Positions 27,443 through 41,287 of a stretch of DNA of 64,000 nucleotides are shown here, in pieces; position 1 is the first letter of the stretch, and every line of letters begins with the position of its first letter. The position numbers were made by a program, and so were the translations under genes. Source of the stretch: Eledone cirrhosa (Eukaryota). The stretch spans positions 259,594,001 to 259,658,000 of the forward strand of contig OZ024742.1 in NCBI GenBank assembly GCA_964016885.1. The letters are read 5' to 3'. The notes below the pieces were generated by a model. The model saw only the letters and a list, made by a program, of their open reading frames with translations. It had not been told where the DNA came from and searched no databases.

Positions 27443-28592
27443 ATCATCATCATCATCATCATCATCATCACCGTTTTACGTCCGTTCTTCCACGCTAGCA
27501 TGGGTTAGACGGGTTGTCCTGTTGTGGGCAGTGTCTGGTCGGCTGACCATGCCTTGCTCATACAGGAACTGATCTGGCTTGATTTCTACAGCTGGATGCC
27601 CTTCCTAACACCAACCTCATTTACAGTGAGTGCTGGGTGCTTTTTCGTGGCGCCTACACGTCCACTTTACAGTGTGGGCTGGGTGCTTTTTTTGCCGTGG
27701 CACCTCCACGACCACCTTGCGCGGGGGGGGGGGCATATTGTCTATATGCTTCAGCTTGTACCCATGGGAGGTCGGGTACTCTGTATTACTGCGTGACGCC
27801 AGAAGTCACGGTCGTGTGTCATTGTCTTTGAGAGGTGTAATTGGGTAAGGTCGGCTTTTATCACCTCATCCCAGGTCATCTTGGGTCTCCCCACTCCGCG
27901 GTTTCCATCAACTTCTAGTGCTCTGCACCTTTTTATGCAGCTGTCATCCTTCATACGCATCACATGTCCATACCAGCGCAACCGCCTCTCCTGCACACAG
28001 CATTTGATTCCTCTTATGCTCAGTCTCTCTCTCAATTCATTTACGCTTTGTCGTTCACGTATATTATTGTTACACATCCATCGGAGCATGCAGGCTTCGT
28101 TTCTCTCTAATCTACGTAAGTCTTCCACCTTCAGCGCCCAGGTCTCACTACCATGCAACATCGCTGTTCGGATACACGCATCATACAGTCTGCCTTTCAT
28201 TCTGAGGGAGAAGCCTTTTGCAGCTAGCAGTGGTAGTAGTTCCCTAAACTTCTTCCATCCCGTTCTTACCCTAGTTATTGTACTTTCTGAGCACCCACCT
28301 CCGTTGCTAATTCGGTCACCTAGGTAGCAGAAGCTGTCTACTGTTTCTACAGGGCCCTCCCAGAGATTGGTGGTACTTGTTTCCTGTGGCTGCTTGCTGT
28401 CTCAGCACAGCTGCTGCATGTGAAACCTACATTATTAATTAAGCTTCCTGAGATCCCGCTACATCTCTTGTGTACCCATTGTTTGCATTTGGGGCAGAGA
28501 ATGGAGTTCCTACCTACACCTTTCCTACATACTGAGCAAGGCCATTTCCCTGAGGGGATCTAGGTTCTGTTTTCTCGTCTACTTACAAGGAC
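27443..28592 (-). mobile_element. RTE-clade LINE 3' portion with a PHD finger insertion and (GAT)n tail
   Basis: CSVCRKGVGRNSILCPKCKQWVHKRC..CSSC, then VDSFCYLGD..WKKFRELLPLL..LHGSETW..RLRWYGHVMR..GRPKMTW. Confidence 0.9.
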
Positions 28593-29846
28593 CTATATAT
28601 ATATAATATAAGATCAAAAGATGGTTAAAAGAGTTCCAAGTATTTTATTATGCGCATTTTATTATGAGCATTTCAAAAAAATATATCATCTGCGTTCTCA
28701 TCAGATAAAATAGGGAGACATGATATGAAGCTTAAAAAACACTTGTGAATAGTGAAGTTTTAAATCAATATATGAAAAATAAATTAAGATTGATGTATGA
28801 GATTGGGAAAAAGTGAGGGGGTTGGAAAAAGTAAGGAAGAGGAAGAAATAAGAGTAAAGAATGGTGGGGGAGGAGTATAAGAAGGAAGGATGAGAGAGGA
28901 GGAGAGATGGGTGATAGAGAGAGAGAGATAGCCTTTACAACTGAGAAAAAAATATTGTCTCACAGAGAGAAATTAAAAAGCCGTTGGAAGATAATAGATA
29001 ATTTAAAAGATTTTGAAATTAAAAGTTAATGAGGTTTATGCATGAAGAAAAAAGAATTAAGAATAGTATTAAATTAAGGTTTGTATATTGAAGGGTTTAA
29101 TAATATGTGCGAAGAAAAGAATTTATTAATATGTATTATTAAAATTAAAATATTAATGATATTAAGGGTATAATGTGAAAAGAAGGAGAAGAATGAATGA
29201 GTTATAAATTTAGAGGAATTAGTTAGGGTTTAAGTTTGTTTTTATGTAATGTAATATGTGTACGGAAATAGTTTGTTTAAAATGAGCGCGGAAGGAAAGA
29301 AGAAAAGAATGTTTAAGAAAGAAAATATCTAACATCAAAAAGTATATATGTTTACGAAATATTGTCTAATGGTAATAATATAATATATTAAAAGAGATTA
29401 GTTAGGGTTTAAGTTTGTTTTTATGTATTGTAATATGTAAAAGTCAAATTAAGTAGTAGGTTTAAAACGAGCATGAAAGGATGGAAGAGATATGAAAAAT
29501 TTAAGGAAGAAAAAATTTAACGTCAAAAGTTTATATGTTTACGAAGGACTTCTAATGGTAATATTATAATGTATTAAAAAATAATGTTTATGGCCATTGA
29601 TATGAGGAAAGATGGAAGAATGGATAATGTTGTGGTGAGTAATAATATGAATTGAGAAATAGTTGGGAAGAAAAAGTACAGATTAGAGGTTAGAAATTAA
29701 AAAGAAAAAAGGAAGAAAGGAAAATAATAAAGAGGAATGAAATAGAATGAGTAAATTGTATTATATAATATATAATACTGAAATAAGGTAGAAAGATAGG
29801 TATATTTGTAAAAGATATATAAGCCTTTGAGAAAAAGGATTTTAAA

Positions 29847-30300
29847 CTAGTAAGGTATTGAGATATTAGTTGTATACTTTATGGAATGTTCTATGGAATT
29901 TATGCAAGCAGAGAGAACAAATATTATTATAGAATTGAAATTAGATATAATGGTAAATTTCTCGGCTAGGCAGAGATTACATGTTCTGGATAGGGAAGAA
30001 TTCAGGTAAGGAAAGGCGGAGATGTTATAGTTAATATTTTTGTCTTTCAAGGACCATATGAGTTCCGAGAGTGCCGTGTTGGTTATTTTAAGTTGGTATT
30101 TAAAAGACGAATTGTGATTATAAAATCTAGCTTTGAAGGAAGTGGAAGTGGAACCGAAATAGGTAAAGGAATTGGTATCAGTTATAACCTTACATTCATG
30201 GACTAAGTTTTTATCAAGACAATGTTTATTAAGAGGACATTTAGTTTTAATAGGGCAATTACAAGTACGATTAGAGAAATTAACAGAGTTATTAACAAGT
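29847..30300 (-). pseudogene. PLE GIY-YIG endonuclease domain remnant
   Basis: CNCPIKTKCPLNKHCLDKNLVHEC..YFGSTSTSFKARFYNHNSSF..TALSELIWSLKD..CNLCLAEKFTII. Confidence 0.85.
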
Positions 30301-30735
30301 GACCTAGTGTTATTTATAGAAGGAATTTTCTTCGCACATATTATTAAACCCTTCAATATACAAAACTTAATTTATTACTATTCTTAATTCCTTTTTCTTC
30401 ATGCATAAACCTCATTAACTTTTAATTTCAAAATCTTTTAAATTATCTATTATCTTCCAACGGTTTTTTAATTTCTCTCTGTGAGAAAATATTTTTTTCT
30501 CAGTTGTAAAGGCTATCTCTCTCTCTATATATATCACCCATCTATCCTCCTCTCTCATCCTTCCTTCTTATACTCCTCCCCACCATCCTTTACTCTTAGT
30601 TCTTCCTCTTCCTTACTTTTTCCAACTCCCCTCAATTTTTCCCAATCTCATACATCAATCTTAATTTATTTTTCATATGTTGATTTAAAACTTCACTATT
30701 CACAAGTGTTTTTTAAGCTTCATATCATGTCTCCC

Positions 30736-30806
30736 TATTTTATCTGATGAGAATGCAGATATCATGCCATGTTGATATTTGTTTTTGAAATGCGCATAAT
30801 AAAATA
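30736..30806 (+). ncRNA. Hammerhead ribozyme
   Basis: TATTTTAT CTGATGA GAATGCAGATATCA..TGATATTTGTTTTT GAAA TGCGCA TA^ATAAAATA, with an 8 bp stem I and palindromic ATGCGCAT. Homologs lie at 28641-28712 (-) and 37971-38040 (-). Confidence 0.85.
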
Positions 30807-30925
30807 CTTGGAACTCTTTTAACCATCTTTTGATCTTATATTATTTATACTCCAGTCCTACAAACTGTAGAGTGCTACTTATGCGATATTTGCATTGCTT
30901 TATTGTGCTACAATAAAACTCACCT

Positions 30926-30969
<44 letters not shown>

Positions 30970-31039
30970 AATTAAAAAGAACAGAAAGATGCAGTAAAAG
31001 AGATTTATTCGGTTCTTACGTACGTTTCAATAGACATCA

Positions 31040-31087
<48 letters not shown>

Positions 31088-31088
31088 T

Positions 31089-31227
<139 letters not shown>

Positions 31228-31458
31228 GTGTGTGTAGGTGAACGAGATATCGTTTCGGATTACCTTAGTTCATGTTTGGAGAAATCTGTTGTACCGAGGA
31301 GTATTTCAACGTACTCAACAAGTTGTTTACTTATTTAGGTTGTTCGAAGGGTATTTACCTGACAGTACTGTGATCAGTAGTTCGTGGAGTAATATATATC
31401 TATATATATACACACACATCTATTATGTATATATACATGTATTATGAATATATATACA

Positions 31459-31493
<35 letters not shown>

Positions 31494-31552
31494 CCCAAGG
31501 CTCTGATACCATCAACACCATAAACACAGAGCTGGCATATCTAAGAATTGAC

Positions 31553-31606
31553 TTACTGCCTGATGAGGTCATAGCCATTCAATGGCTATCATCGAAATAG
31601 CAGTAA
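31553..31606 (+). ncRNA. Hammerhead motif with collapsed stem III, in TA-flanked element 31494-31650
   Basis: TTACTGC CTGATGA GGTCATAGCCATTCAATGGCTATCATC GAAA TA GCAGTAA. The homolog at 53462-53513 retains GAAATATATATA. Confidence 0.75.
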
Positions 31607-31674
31607 ATAAAGGATTATGAGTTCATGCAATTGACTTATGTTTCGTCACTATATATATATATATATATATATAT

Positions 31675-31821
31675 AATGTAGGAGGTGAGTTTTATTGTAG
31701 TACAATAAAGCAATGCAGATATCGGATAAGAAGCACTCTACAGTTTGTAGGACTGGAGTATGCATAATATAAGATCAAAAGATGGTTAATACATGGAACT
31801 CCTTTAACCATCTTTTGATCT

Positions 31822-31828
<7 letters not shown>
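31675..31828 (-). mobile_element. Miniature derivative of the 28605 PLE (tail plus short hairpin)
   Basis: Reverse complement of the 30844-30929 tail, plus the inverted pair taatataagatcaaaagatggttaa / ttaaccatcttttgatcttatatta. Confidence 0.85.
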
Positions 31829-31875
<47 letters not shown>

Positions 31876-32165
31876 AGGGTCATATTGTTGTAATAATATT
31901 GCCAGAATTTATAACAGAACACACTCACTGTTTGGTTGGTTTTCGCTTCTGTATCTTTTGTATCAGTTAATTTATTCGGTCCTCAATGTTTACCATTGAC
32001 TGACCAACGGTCAAAAATACAGATATAATATAGACACAAACACATATATAGTCTAACAAAGTTCTTTCGTTGCATATCTGCAATATCGTCAGTGGTGCTA
32101 TTATGTTTCCTCCTGTTGTATTGTATGTCTATGCCATCTTTATTTAAAATGTTTATTTATTTATT

Positions 32166-32216
<51 letters not shown>

Positions 32217-32278
32217 GGAGAGAGATATAGATATATATATATATATGTATGTGTGTGTATATATATATATATATATAG

Positions 32279-32369
<91 letters not shown>

Positions 32370-32457
32370 TAGATAGATATATAGATATATATATATAGAT
32401 ATATAGATAGATAGATAGATATAGATATAGATATATATATATATGTATGTGTGTGTG

Positions 32458-32548
<91 letters not shown>

Positions 32549-32944
32549 GTGAGGTTTTTTACAAAATGAAAAATAACCGAGGTGTCCTATACGAGTGAAA
32601 GTATAAAGAAAAAGAGATGAAATCGAAAATGCAACTGGCGTCTTATTTTTTTTTTAAATATATATATTTATTTGGTTCCTTTACCGGTTTCGCAGTTCTT
32701 CTGCTTTTCAAAAGGTGAGTTGAGATGGAGGGTCTGTGGTTTTTCTCGCACACACATACATAATACATGTATGTGTGTGCGTCTCTGTCTCTCCCGATAT
32801 ATATATATGTATATATACATATATAGAATGTTTAAGTATCGAGAAAGAGAAAATAGGAAAGATAAGCGATACATATATTTAGTTGCCATAAGCTGGTGCA
32901 AATGTGCTCAATACTTGTGCCTACAGGGTTAAATATTAGAAGCG

Positions 32945-34062
32945 TTAATATTTAGTGGGCGAGAAAATAAGCAGAGCGGTTACAAAAGAAATGAATACAA
33001 AGGAGTATATACCATTAAAACATGTTTATATAACAATGCACCTACGTACGTTTCGCCCAGAACGGGCTTCTCAAGGGCATAGAAAACAAAAAAAAATGAT
33101 CAGTACGCGACTCAGCAGGGGTTTTAAGGTTACATTCACATCAGAGTTCATTCTTCGCTTAAGTGTTGTTATTGCCGCAGAGCAGGGGGGGGGGGGGGAC
33201 TCTGGTCGGTGCTCGAATAATCTTGTGCCACTGGCATTTTTACCCGTTCACATGATGGTGCTTTGCGTTATTATTTTGTGGGTGCTGCTTTACTAATGCC
33301 GGTTCGAGCCGGGTCTGGGATGCATATTTAGTTCCCAGATGTTTGTTTACGCCGCCTGCCCACCGGAGTGTTATGGTTTGGGCAGCGCGACCCAGATTAT
33401 AGTGTTCATGCCACAGTCGCTTCCCACCCGAAGTAAGACGCTTGCATTCGGTGCTTACAGTTTATGACTAAATCGGCTCTGCTGTTTATGAGCTCGTGGG
33501 GTGTTCTTATGATACAGTAAAGCTCCATGAGGCAAAGCTCACACTTCCTCTTGAAATTGTAGGGTGCAGCCCTACCAACAATATACCAGTGTGTGGAGAA
33601 GCTGATTTTGGCGTCTTTTAATTTAGTGACGTAATTGGCAAGTAACGTGGAGTGCCTTAGTTTTTTTTGTTTCTGAAAGAGCGGAGATGTGTTCTAAATG
33701 TCGTTTTGAACTGGCCAGAGGTGGCCCCTATATAGTGTTTAAGTCCATTCTGGCTAGTTATGGTGCACCTTTAAATAACCTTATCAGACAGGCAGTTTCC
33801 CCAGAGAGGGCAGCCTCCCCTGTCACGACAGTTGCATTTTCTGTCACGGTCGCTCCTAGTTCCTGAAGTAAAGCTATTACTATTGCTACCTATGTTGTTA
33901 TCTATGTCTCTATCTCGATCATTGGTACTGTTATATCTCGAGGCGTGCGGGGTAGTACCATTATCCCTCCGCACGCCGCAGCCCGTTCCGTTGCCGGTGG
34001 GTGACCCGTGCGGGTCACAAGCATATTCACCAATCTCGCCTTGGTTATGTCGGTTTCGTCTG

Positions 34063-34065
<3 letters not shown>
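32945..34065 (-). mobile_element. Penelope-like element 3' portion (GIY-YIG remnant and hammerhead)
   Basis: CNCRDRGGCPLWGNCLSDKVI*RC..HYIGATSGQFK..H..SF/HSTLLANYVTKLKD..WYIVGRAAPY..CELCLME..CKH. A decayed hammerhead at 33036-33080 reads GCCC-GTTCT-GGGC GAAA CGTACG TA on the minus strand. Confidence 0.85.
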
Positions 34066-34119
<54 letters not shown>

Positions 34120-34605
34120 GCATGCGTGTATGTATCATTCTCATTTTCTCATTTGTATATCTGTATATCTGTTTGTGCGTGTGTGTTTCAGAGCAATCAA
34201 TTTTGATTTCTTCCAATCGATGATATTCAACAACTAATCCGGTGTTATTTATGCTGAGAATTTAAGCCCTAACAACATCAAGAGGAATTTGGCTATTTTC
34301 CTGGTCGCATATTAAAATGGAAAGAATTGGAATATTCTCTAACAAAATGGATGGCGGATTTACGAGAAAATGCTGTCGTTAAATCTTGCGAGCATTATAT
34401 ATATTCAGTACAGCGTTGCACCTTCTAATTACACCCAAGTAAGGACTATACTATAACATTTAATATCTCCGGTGCAAAGTAACACATCTATGTTAAGAGC
34501 TTTGCTTCTCCGCCTGCATATGTTTAAGATACGCTTTCCAATATTTTGGCACGATTCCATTGCCAAAACTATGGCGCCAACCAAAGAATCTTTAGAGACT
34601 CGAAC

Positions 34606-34690
<85 letters not shown>

Positions 34691-34752
34691 TCTCACTCTC
34701 TCTCTCTTTCTCTCTGCTTCCGGAGTTATCTTGTGCAGCAAAAGAATAGGTT

Positions 34753-34808
<56 letters not shown>

Positions 34809-35246
34809 TGTGTGTATCTGTGTCTGTGAGTGAAAATTTGCATTAGTATTAATGTGATATTATTAATAGTAAAATCAATAATGTTAATGATGATGATGAT
34901 GATGATAAAAATAATAATGACAATATTAACACGAGTTTCTTGTATAACGAGGGCAGGCACACGCGCACACATATATCTTTGTGTGTGTATATATATATAT
35001 ATAATAATAATATCATGTGCATACAAAGTAAATTATATATATGTTTATATATATATAAACATATATATATAATTTACTCTGTATGCACATGAGCAGAAAC
35101 TCATGCATATACACACTACTTCACTCTCATTCTTTCTCTTTATATGTGTGTGTATGTAGGAATGTGTATGTACGAATGTATGTATATATCTATGTTCCAT
35201 ACAAATTCACATACAAATTCTCAAATATACGCAGATATATGAATGG

Positions 35247-35302
<56 letters not shown>

Positions 35303-35510
35303 ATGTGTATATAGTATATTTTTGCATGAGTGTGGACGCCACATAACCGAATGGTTGCAGAGTTTGCTTCGTAATAATTAGTGCCCGAGTTAGATCTGAG
35401 CAGGACTCCTTTAACACTAGACCCAGCACCTTCACACGTACCGAGCGAGCACTCTGACATTATTTGAAAATTATTGTGTCCATGTTGAATTATAACTTAT
35501 AGATAAATAC

Positions 35511-35696
35511 ATAATTGTTTCTACTTTAGGCACAAGGCCAGCAATTATCCCAGGGTATAACTGGTACTTTATTTTATCGACCCCGTAAGGATGAAAGGCA
35601 AAGTTAACCTCGGCGGGATTTGAACTCAGTCTGTAAAGGGACGTAACTGTGCTGCAAAGCATGGCGTCCGACCCTCTACCGATACTGCCAATCCAC
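35511..35696 (-). mobile_element. CORE-SINE, full length
   Basis: Close match to the 3093 and 56069 copies. Confidence 0.9.
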
Positions 35697-37265
35697 ACAC
35701 ATAATGGGACTGAAAAAGGCAATGGTGGGTGACAAAAATTCAAAAGAATATATTATGAATTATTTTCCAAATCGATTTGACAAAACTCTAAGTATTTTTT
35801 ATGATATTGTTGCTGTTGGCATTGCTGTTTGTTGAACAATCGTAAAAAAAAAGAAATTGAGGTTCTAGACGTGATCAATAATTCGGGTTAATATATAAAA
35901 CTAAATTAACGAATGTTTTCATTGTTAAAAATGACTATTTTGTAATATGAAAATGATTTGGCTACTATTTCTAGTACGTTCAGTCACCACAGAGATGCTC
36001 CTTTTCTTGGTTCCAATTGTAAATGTTATATACATGAAAGGTGATCTCTGATCGCATTAAGACGCCAAATATTCTCGTGGTATCTGCCAGTATCTGTATA
36101 GCCGCCATTTTAAAATCACGCGCAAGCCTTGAATACTGAGATCTCCAGGAATGAATACATGAATAAATAAATATATAATACGTAAATAGATATTTCCCAT
36201 TGCGGTTATATTTTTTTAATTCAATTTTACAATTGCCAGCATTTTGAAAGTGTAGGGTTTCTCAAAGTATAATTGTTTTATTAAAATAAAACAATGAAAC
36301 GCATCAATTTCCGGTTTTACATGCAATAAGATTTGCTATATCCTATGCATCTAGGTTGTATGAATAGAAAACATAGCATGGCCAAACGGTTAAGAAGTTC
36401 GGATCACAATTATAAGGTCCTGTGTTCAATCCTAACAGCATGAAATCATAGGAAACTGTCTTATCAGAAGAATTCAAAGAATTAGAAATGGAACATTCAT
36501 ATATACGAATGCATCTATGTTTCCAAACAAATTACAGAAGGCATGAAGTAATGCATATTTTATTACAAACTTCTTATATCAAAATTTCATTAGAAGTGAG
36601 GCACACATCTTTCCAGTTATTATTATTATTATTTATTTTCATTTAATCATGTGCAAGACACGTGATAGTTTCATGACTTAAATATGATAAATATATAACA
36701 CGCAAATTAATGGTAGCTGTTGTTGGTAATAATGATGTATGCAGCATAGCTGCGCGGTAAAGAATCTCACTTTGTAATCACGTAGCTCCGGGTTCAGTCT
36801 TGATGTAAGGCAACTTGAGCAAATATCTTCTACAATAACCTTGGGATGACCAATACTTTCTGAACGCAGTTTCGTAGATGAAAAATGCAAAAGCCCGTCA
36901 TATGTATATATATATATATATATGTGTAACTTAAGTAAGTTAATTATTATAATTTTCTTATTTTACGTCTTTCATATAATTGTTCTACATGTTTGTATTG
37001 AACCACAAAGTTACTAAGACAAAAACTATATCTTGCTAGCATAAGTATACTTCTGTATAAATACGTTGGTAGATATACTAATTCTTTATATATATATAGA
37101 GAGAGAGAGATAGATATGTGTGTGATAACGTTTCGCAACCTACCAGTAATAGGTAACTAGCCGAAACCGCCGAGCTCACGGTAAATCCTCTACTTTCACT
37201 AATATATTCCTTCCATATACTGTACCGATTGTGTTCTTATTTCTGTTTATATATATATATATATA

Positions 37266-37918
37266 GGTTTTAATATAGAAGAGATTCTACAGGACTAGAA
37301 CTGTTTCATTCGTGAGAAATCATCAGGAATCTCACTGTTCAAGTAAATATGTTGCTATTTATATCTTTTCTGGTGGTAGGAGAGGGTGGTTAGGTCGTTG
37401 GTTGAAAGAAAAGGGAATTTATTATAGAATTCTTTCTGCCTTTGTCACTCTAAGTAAAGCTTTAAAGAATTAGCTTTTAAAGAATTCCCCTTTCTTTAAA
37501 CCCATCAACCATGACTGACCTCCAACCATCTTATAGACACCTGAAATATAGGCATTGTTAGCTTAAGAGGAACTTAAAAATAAGGAGTGGCACTCCAATT
37601 TGAACTTGTTTATAGAATTCTTTCTGCCTTTGTCACTCTGAATATAAATTATAGCTTTAAAGAATTAGCTTTTAATGAATTCCCTTTTTTTTTCAACCAA
37701 TGACCTCCACCCATCCCACTCCCCAGCCTCTCCTACCGCCAGAAAAGATATAAATAACACCATATTTACTTGAACAGTCAGATTCTTGATGATTTCTCAC
37801 GAAAGAAACAGTTCAAGTCCTGTAGAATCTCTTCTATATTAAAACCTTTATACTCTGCTATGTATTGAGTACCTTACTTACTGTTGTTACCTCCGATTCA
37901 ACCCGGAATAATTTACCT
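37266..37918 (+). mobile_element. PLE-derived fold-back element in (TA)n
   Basis: Arms at about 37266-37420 and 37676-37847, with a tail at 37848-37918 (also at 19512-19572). Hammerhead-like CTGATGA TTTCTCACGAAT GAAA CAGTTC at 37293-37331 (-), with a mirror copy at 37781-37819. Confidence 0.8.
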
Positions 37919-37929
37919 ATATATATATA

Positions 37930-38612
37930 TATAATATATAAGATCAAAAGATGGTTAAAGGAGTTCCATGTATTTTATTATGCGCATTTCAAAAACGAAC
38001 ATCATCATGCAATAATATTTGTGTTTTCATCAGATAAAACAGGAGAATATGATATGAAGGCTAAAAAACACTTGTGGATAGTGCAGTTTTAAATCAACAT
38101 ATGAAAAGTAGTTTTAGATTGATGTGTGATATTGGGAAAAATATTTTATTTAGAGAGGGGGGGGTGGAAAGGATGAAAAAAGGGGAGGAGATGAGAGTGA
38201 AGGTGGAGAGGGAGAGATGGGTGATAGAGAGAAAGAGATAGTTTTTATAACTGAGAGAAGATATATTGTTTTACATAGAGAGGTTGAAAGCCGTTGGAAG
38301 ATAATGTATAAATTAAAAGAATTTGAAAATTAACGAAGGGAAAAATATGTACGAGGAAAAAATATTTTATTTAGAGAGGGGGTGGAAAGGATGAAAAAAG
38401 GGGAGGAGATGAGAGTGAAGGTGGAGAGGGAGAGATGGGTGATAGAGAGAAAGAGATAGTTTTTATAACTGAGAAAATATATATTGTTTTACATAGAGAG
38501 GTTGAGAACCGTTGGAAGAGAATGTATAAATTAAAAGAATTTGAAAATTAACGAAGGGAAAGAGAGGGAGTTGATATGTATTGAGATTAAAAGTTTGAAA
38601 CTCACCTCCTAC

Positions 38613-38615
<3 letters not shown>
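37930..38615 (-). mobile_element. Non-coding relative of the 28605 PLE
   Basis: Same start aatata(ta)agatcaaaagatggttaa, a hammerhead at 37971-38040, an internal about 200 bp duplication, and the same terminal aaactcacctcct. Confidence 0.8.
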
Positions 38616-38682
<67 letters not shown>

Positions 38683-38804
38683 AAGATCGGAATTAATATA
38701 TATATATATATATATATATATAGAGGTATGTATATATGGTATGTATATATGGTATGTAAATGTATATATTAGTATATATATATATATATATGTGTGTGTG
38801 TATG

Positions 38805-38914
<110 letters not shown>

Positions 38915-39599
38915 CATGTGTGTGGTGTGCATACTTATATATATATACACGAGTCGGTGTGCTTTGAGATTGCTCAGAGAAAATAACATGATAGAAAAGT
39001 GCGAAGGAAAAAAAGAATAAACGACAGAATGCAGCGACAGGGAAATGAATAGAATATACATAGATAAACAAACAAACAAACAACTATAAAAAAAATAATA
39101 TAGCAAAGAAAAAATATCCAAGACGAATATAAATCCAGGGAATATTTAGAAATGAGAAAAATAAACAAGATAACAACGAATACATGGTCGAGGAAAGAAT
39201 ACCACACTAATCATACTTTAGATTAGAAACATAAAAATCATGCAAGTCTGTGTAACTGTGTGAGTTTTTGAGCATAAGTGTATGTTTGTGTTTGCGGGTG
39301 GAAGTGTTTTTACTTGTATTTGTATGGGTTTTTCTTGTTTAAGTTTATGTGTATTTCAAAGTTTATTAATCAGTCTTTAGGTAGTTAGGTTTTTTTTATA
39401 TTCATCCATTTATTAGTTTGTTTAATTATCTGAGGGTCTTGTTTTGATTGTATTGATTGCTTGTGTATTGATCTGTTTGCTTTGATATTCTTTTTATACG
39501 GCGCATAACGCACGGCACACACAAGCACTCAAACACACACAGACACACACAGACACACAGAGACATAAATACAAACACGCACAGACACATACTCATATA

Positions 39600-39659
<60 letters not shown>

Positions 39660-40716
39660 TGTGTGTGCGTATGTATGTAATGTACAACGTGAGTATACAC
39701 TCACAATTAAAAGGACTCAATACTAGACGCAGAGCAATATAAATAAATAGTTTAAATCATGTCATAGAGACAGTTCTAGATTACGAATGACTGCAGTGTC
39801 ATCTGGCGAATTTACAAAATCGCAATAAAGACCACTTGTAGAAATATTGCTTATATAAAAGAGAAAGTGGAAGAGTGGTAATAGGGAGTAATATATAATA
39901 AGTCGGTTAGAATGGAAAAATAGTGTAGGTAGCTATAGAGCTAGTATAATAAAATCATTGAATTAGACAGCTCAGGATATACAAGTTAATTATATGTAAG
40001 AATAAAAATAATATATGTTAAATAAAGTTAATAAAATAGACTGCAATAAAATAAGCTAAACTAAATGGAATTATATGAGAACTGAATAAAAAATATACTC
40101 ACGGATATGGAATGGAATTCTTGTGGTTTCGACGATGAGTGTTCTATTAAGTTAATCAATGGAAAAATCTATTCATGTAATTCAACAACCCATAAGTGAC
40201 TATTAATTCCACAGACACCTGTAGTCTTGACTTAATTCTCAAGGAGATTCAGTGTCGCACGGTGTACGGCAGGGCTGGTTAGCTGGCTCATTCTATTACA
40301 TGTGTAGTCCATCCGACGGGCTTCCAAACGGTTTCTGTCAACTCAGTGTCACTCATATGATATGGGTCGTATCTAGGCTACATATGAAATTTCGTGACTC
40401 AGTGTTTAGAATGTTGGATTCTCATTGACCGGTCTGGGGCTGTGTCCTACAACAAGAGACTTTATTTCACATTGCTCTAGTTCATTCAGCTGTAGAAATG
40501 AGTTGCGATGCCACTGGTGCCTAGCGATATCAACCTTTGTCTCTCTCTTAGACAAATCGGTGGCGTGAAGAGGGAAGAAGGCTGGTCTTCCACGAAAACA
40601 CCTTGGCAGGGCCTGTACCTCGAAGGGGAACTAGCTAAATGCAAATCTCATGAGCATTCGTAACCGAATGAGGTCTTTATTTATATATATATGTACGTAT
40701 ATATATATGGTGGGGG

Positions 40717-40771
<55 letters not shown>

Positions 40772-41049
40772 CGAGAGAGAGAGAGAGAGAGTGTGTGTGA
40801 GAGAGAGTGTGTGTGTGCGCGTGTGACTTGTCGATCTTGATGTATGAGTGTCCACCAGATTTGGCTTAGTCAGTTGACGGATGTTTATTTCTGACATAAC
40901 GCTTATGTCCTGTTGACATCGGTCGTTTGGAGAGGGGTAACTGGTATGTATGGGCGACATCTAGTCTTCCACAAAAACACCTTGCCTGGGGTCTTGTTCC
41001 TTGAAGGGGAGCTTTCTAGGTTCAGAACACACACACACATATAAATATA

Positions 41050-41112
<63 letters not shown>

Positions 41113-41147
41113 TCTTTTACAATATATATTGTTCTGTGAAACTACCA

Positions 41148-41148
41148 A

Positions 41149-41190
<42 letters not shown>

Positions 41191-41230
41191 CACTACTACT
41201 ACTACTAATAATAATAATAATAATAATAAC

Positions 41231-41287
<57 letters not shown>
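41148..41287. repeat. Compound (CTA)n(ATA)n microsatellite
   Basis: Directly visible. Confidence 0.95.

Larger units (their letters stand above)
28605..30929 (-). mobile_element. Penelope-like element with about 515 bp inverted termini, in (TA)n
   Basis: Arms at about 28605-29118 and 30326-30843, a tail at 30844-30929, a GIY-YIG ORF inside, and an internal about 180 bp tandem duplication at 29220-29580. Confidence 0.9.

Noticed and set aside
29221-29410. TTAGGG telomere-like motifs
   Set aside because: These are single hexamers inside a local tandem duplication, not an array.
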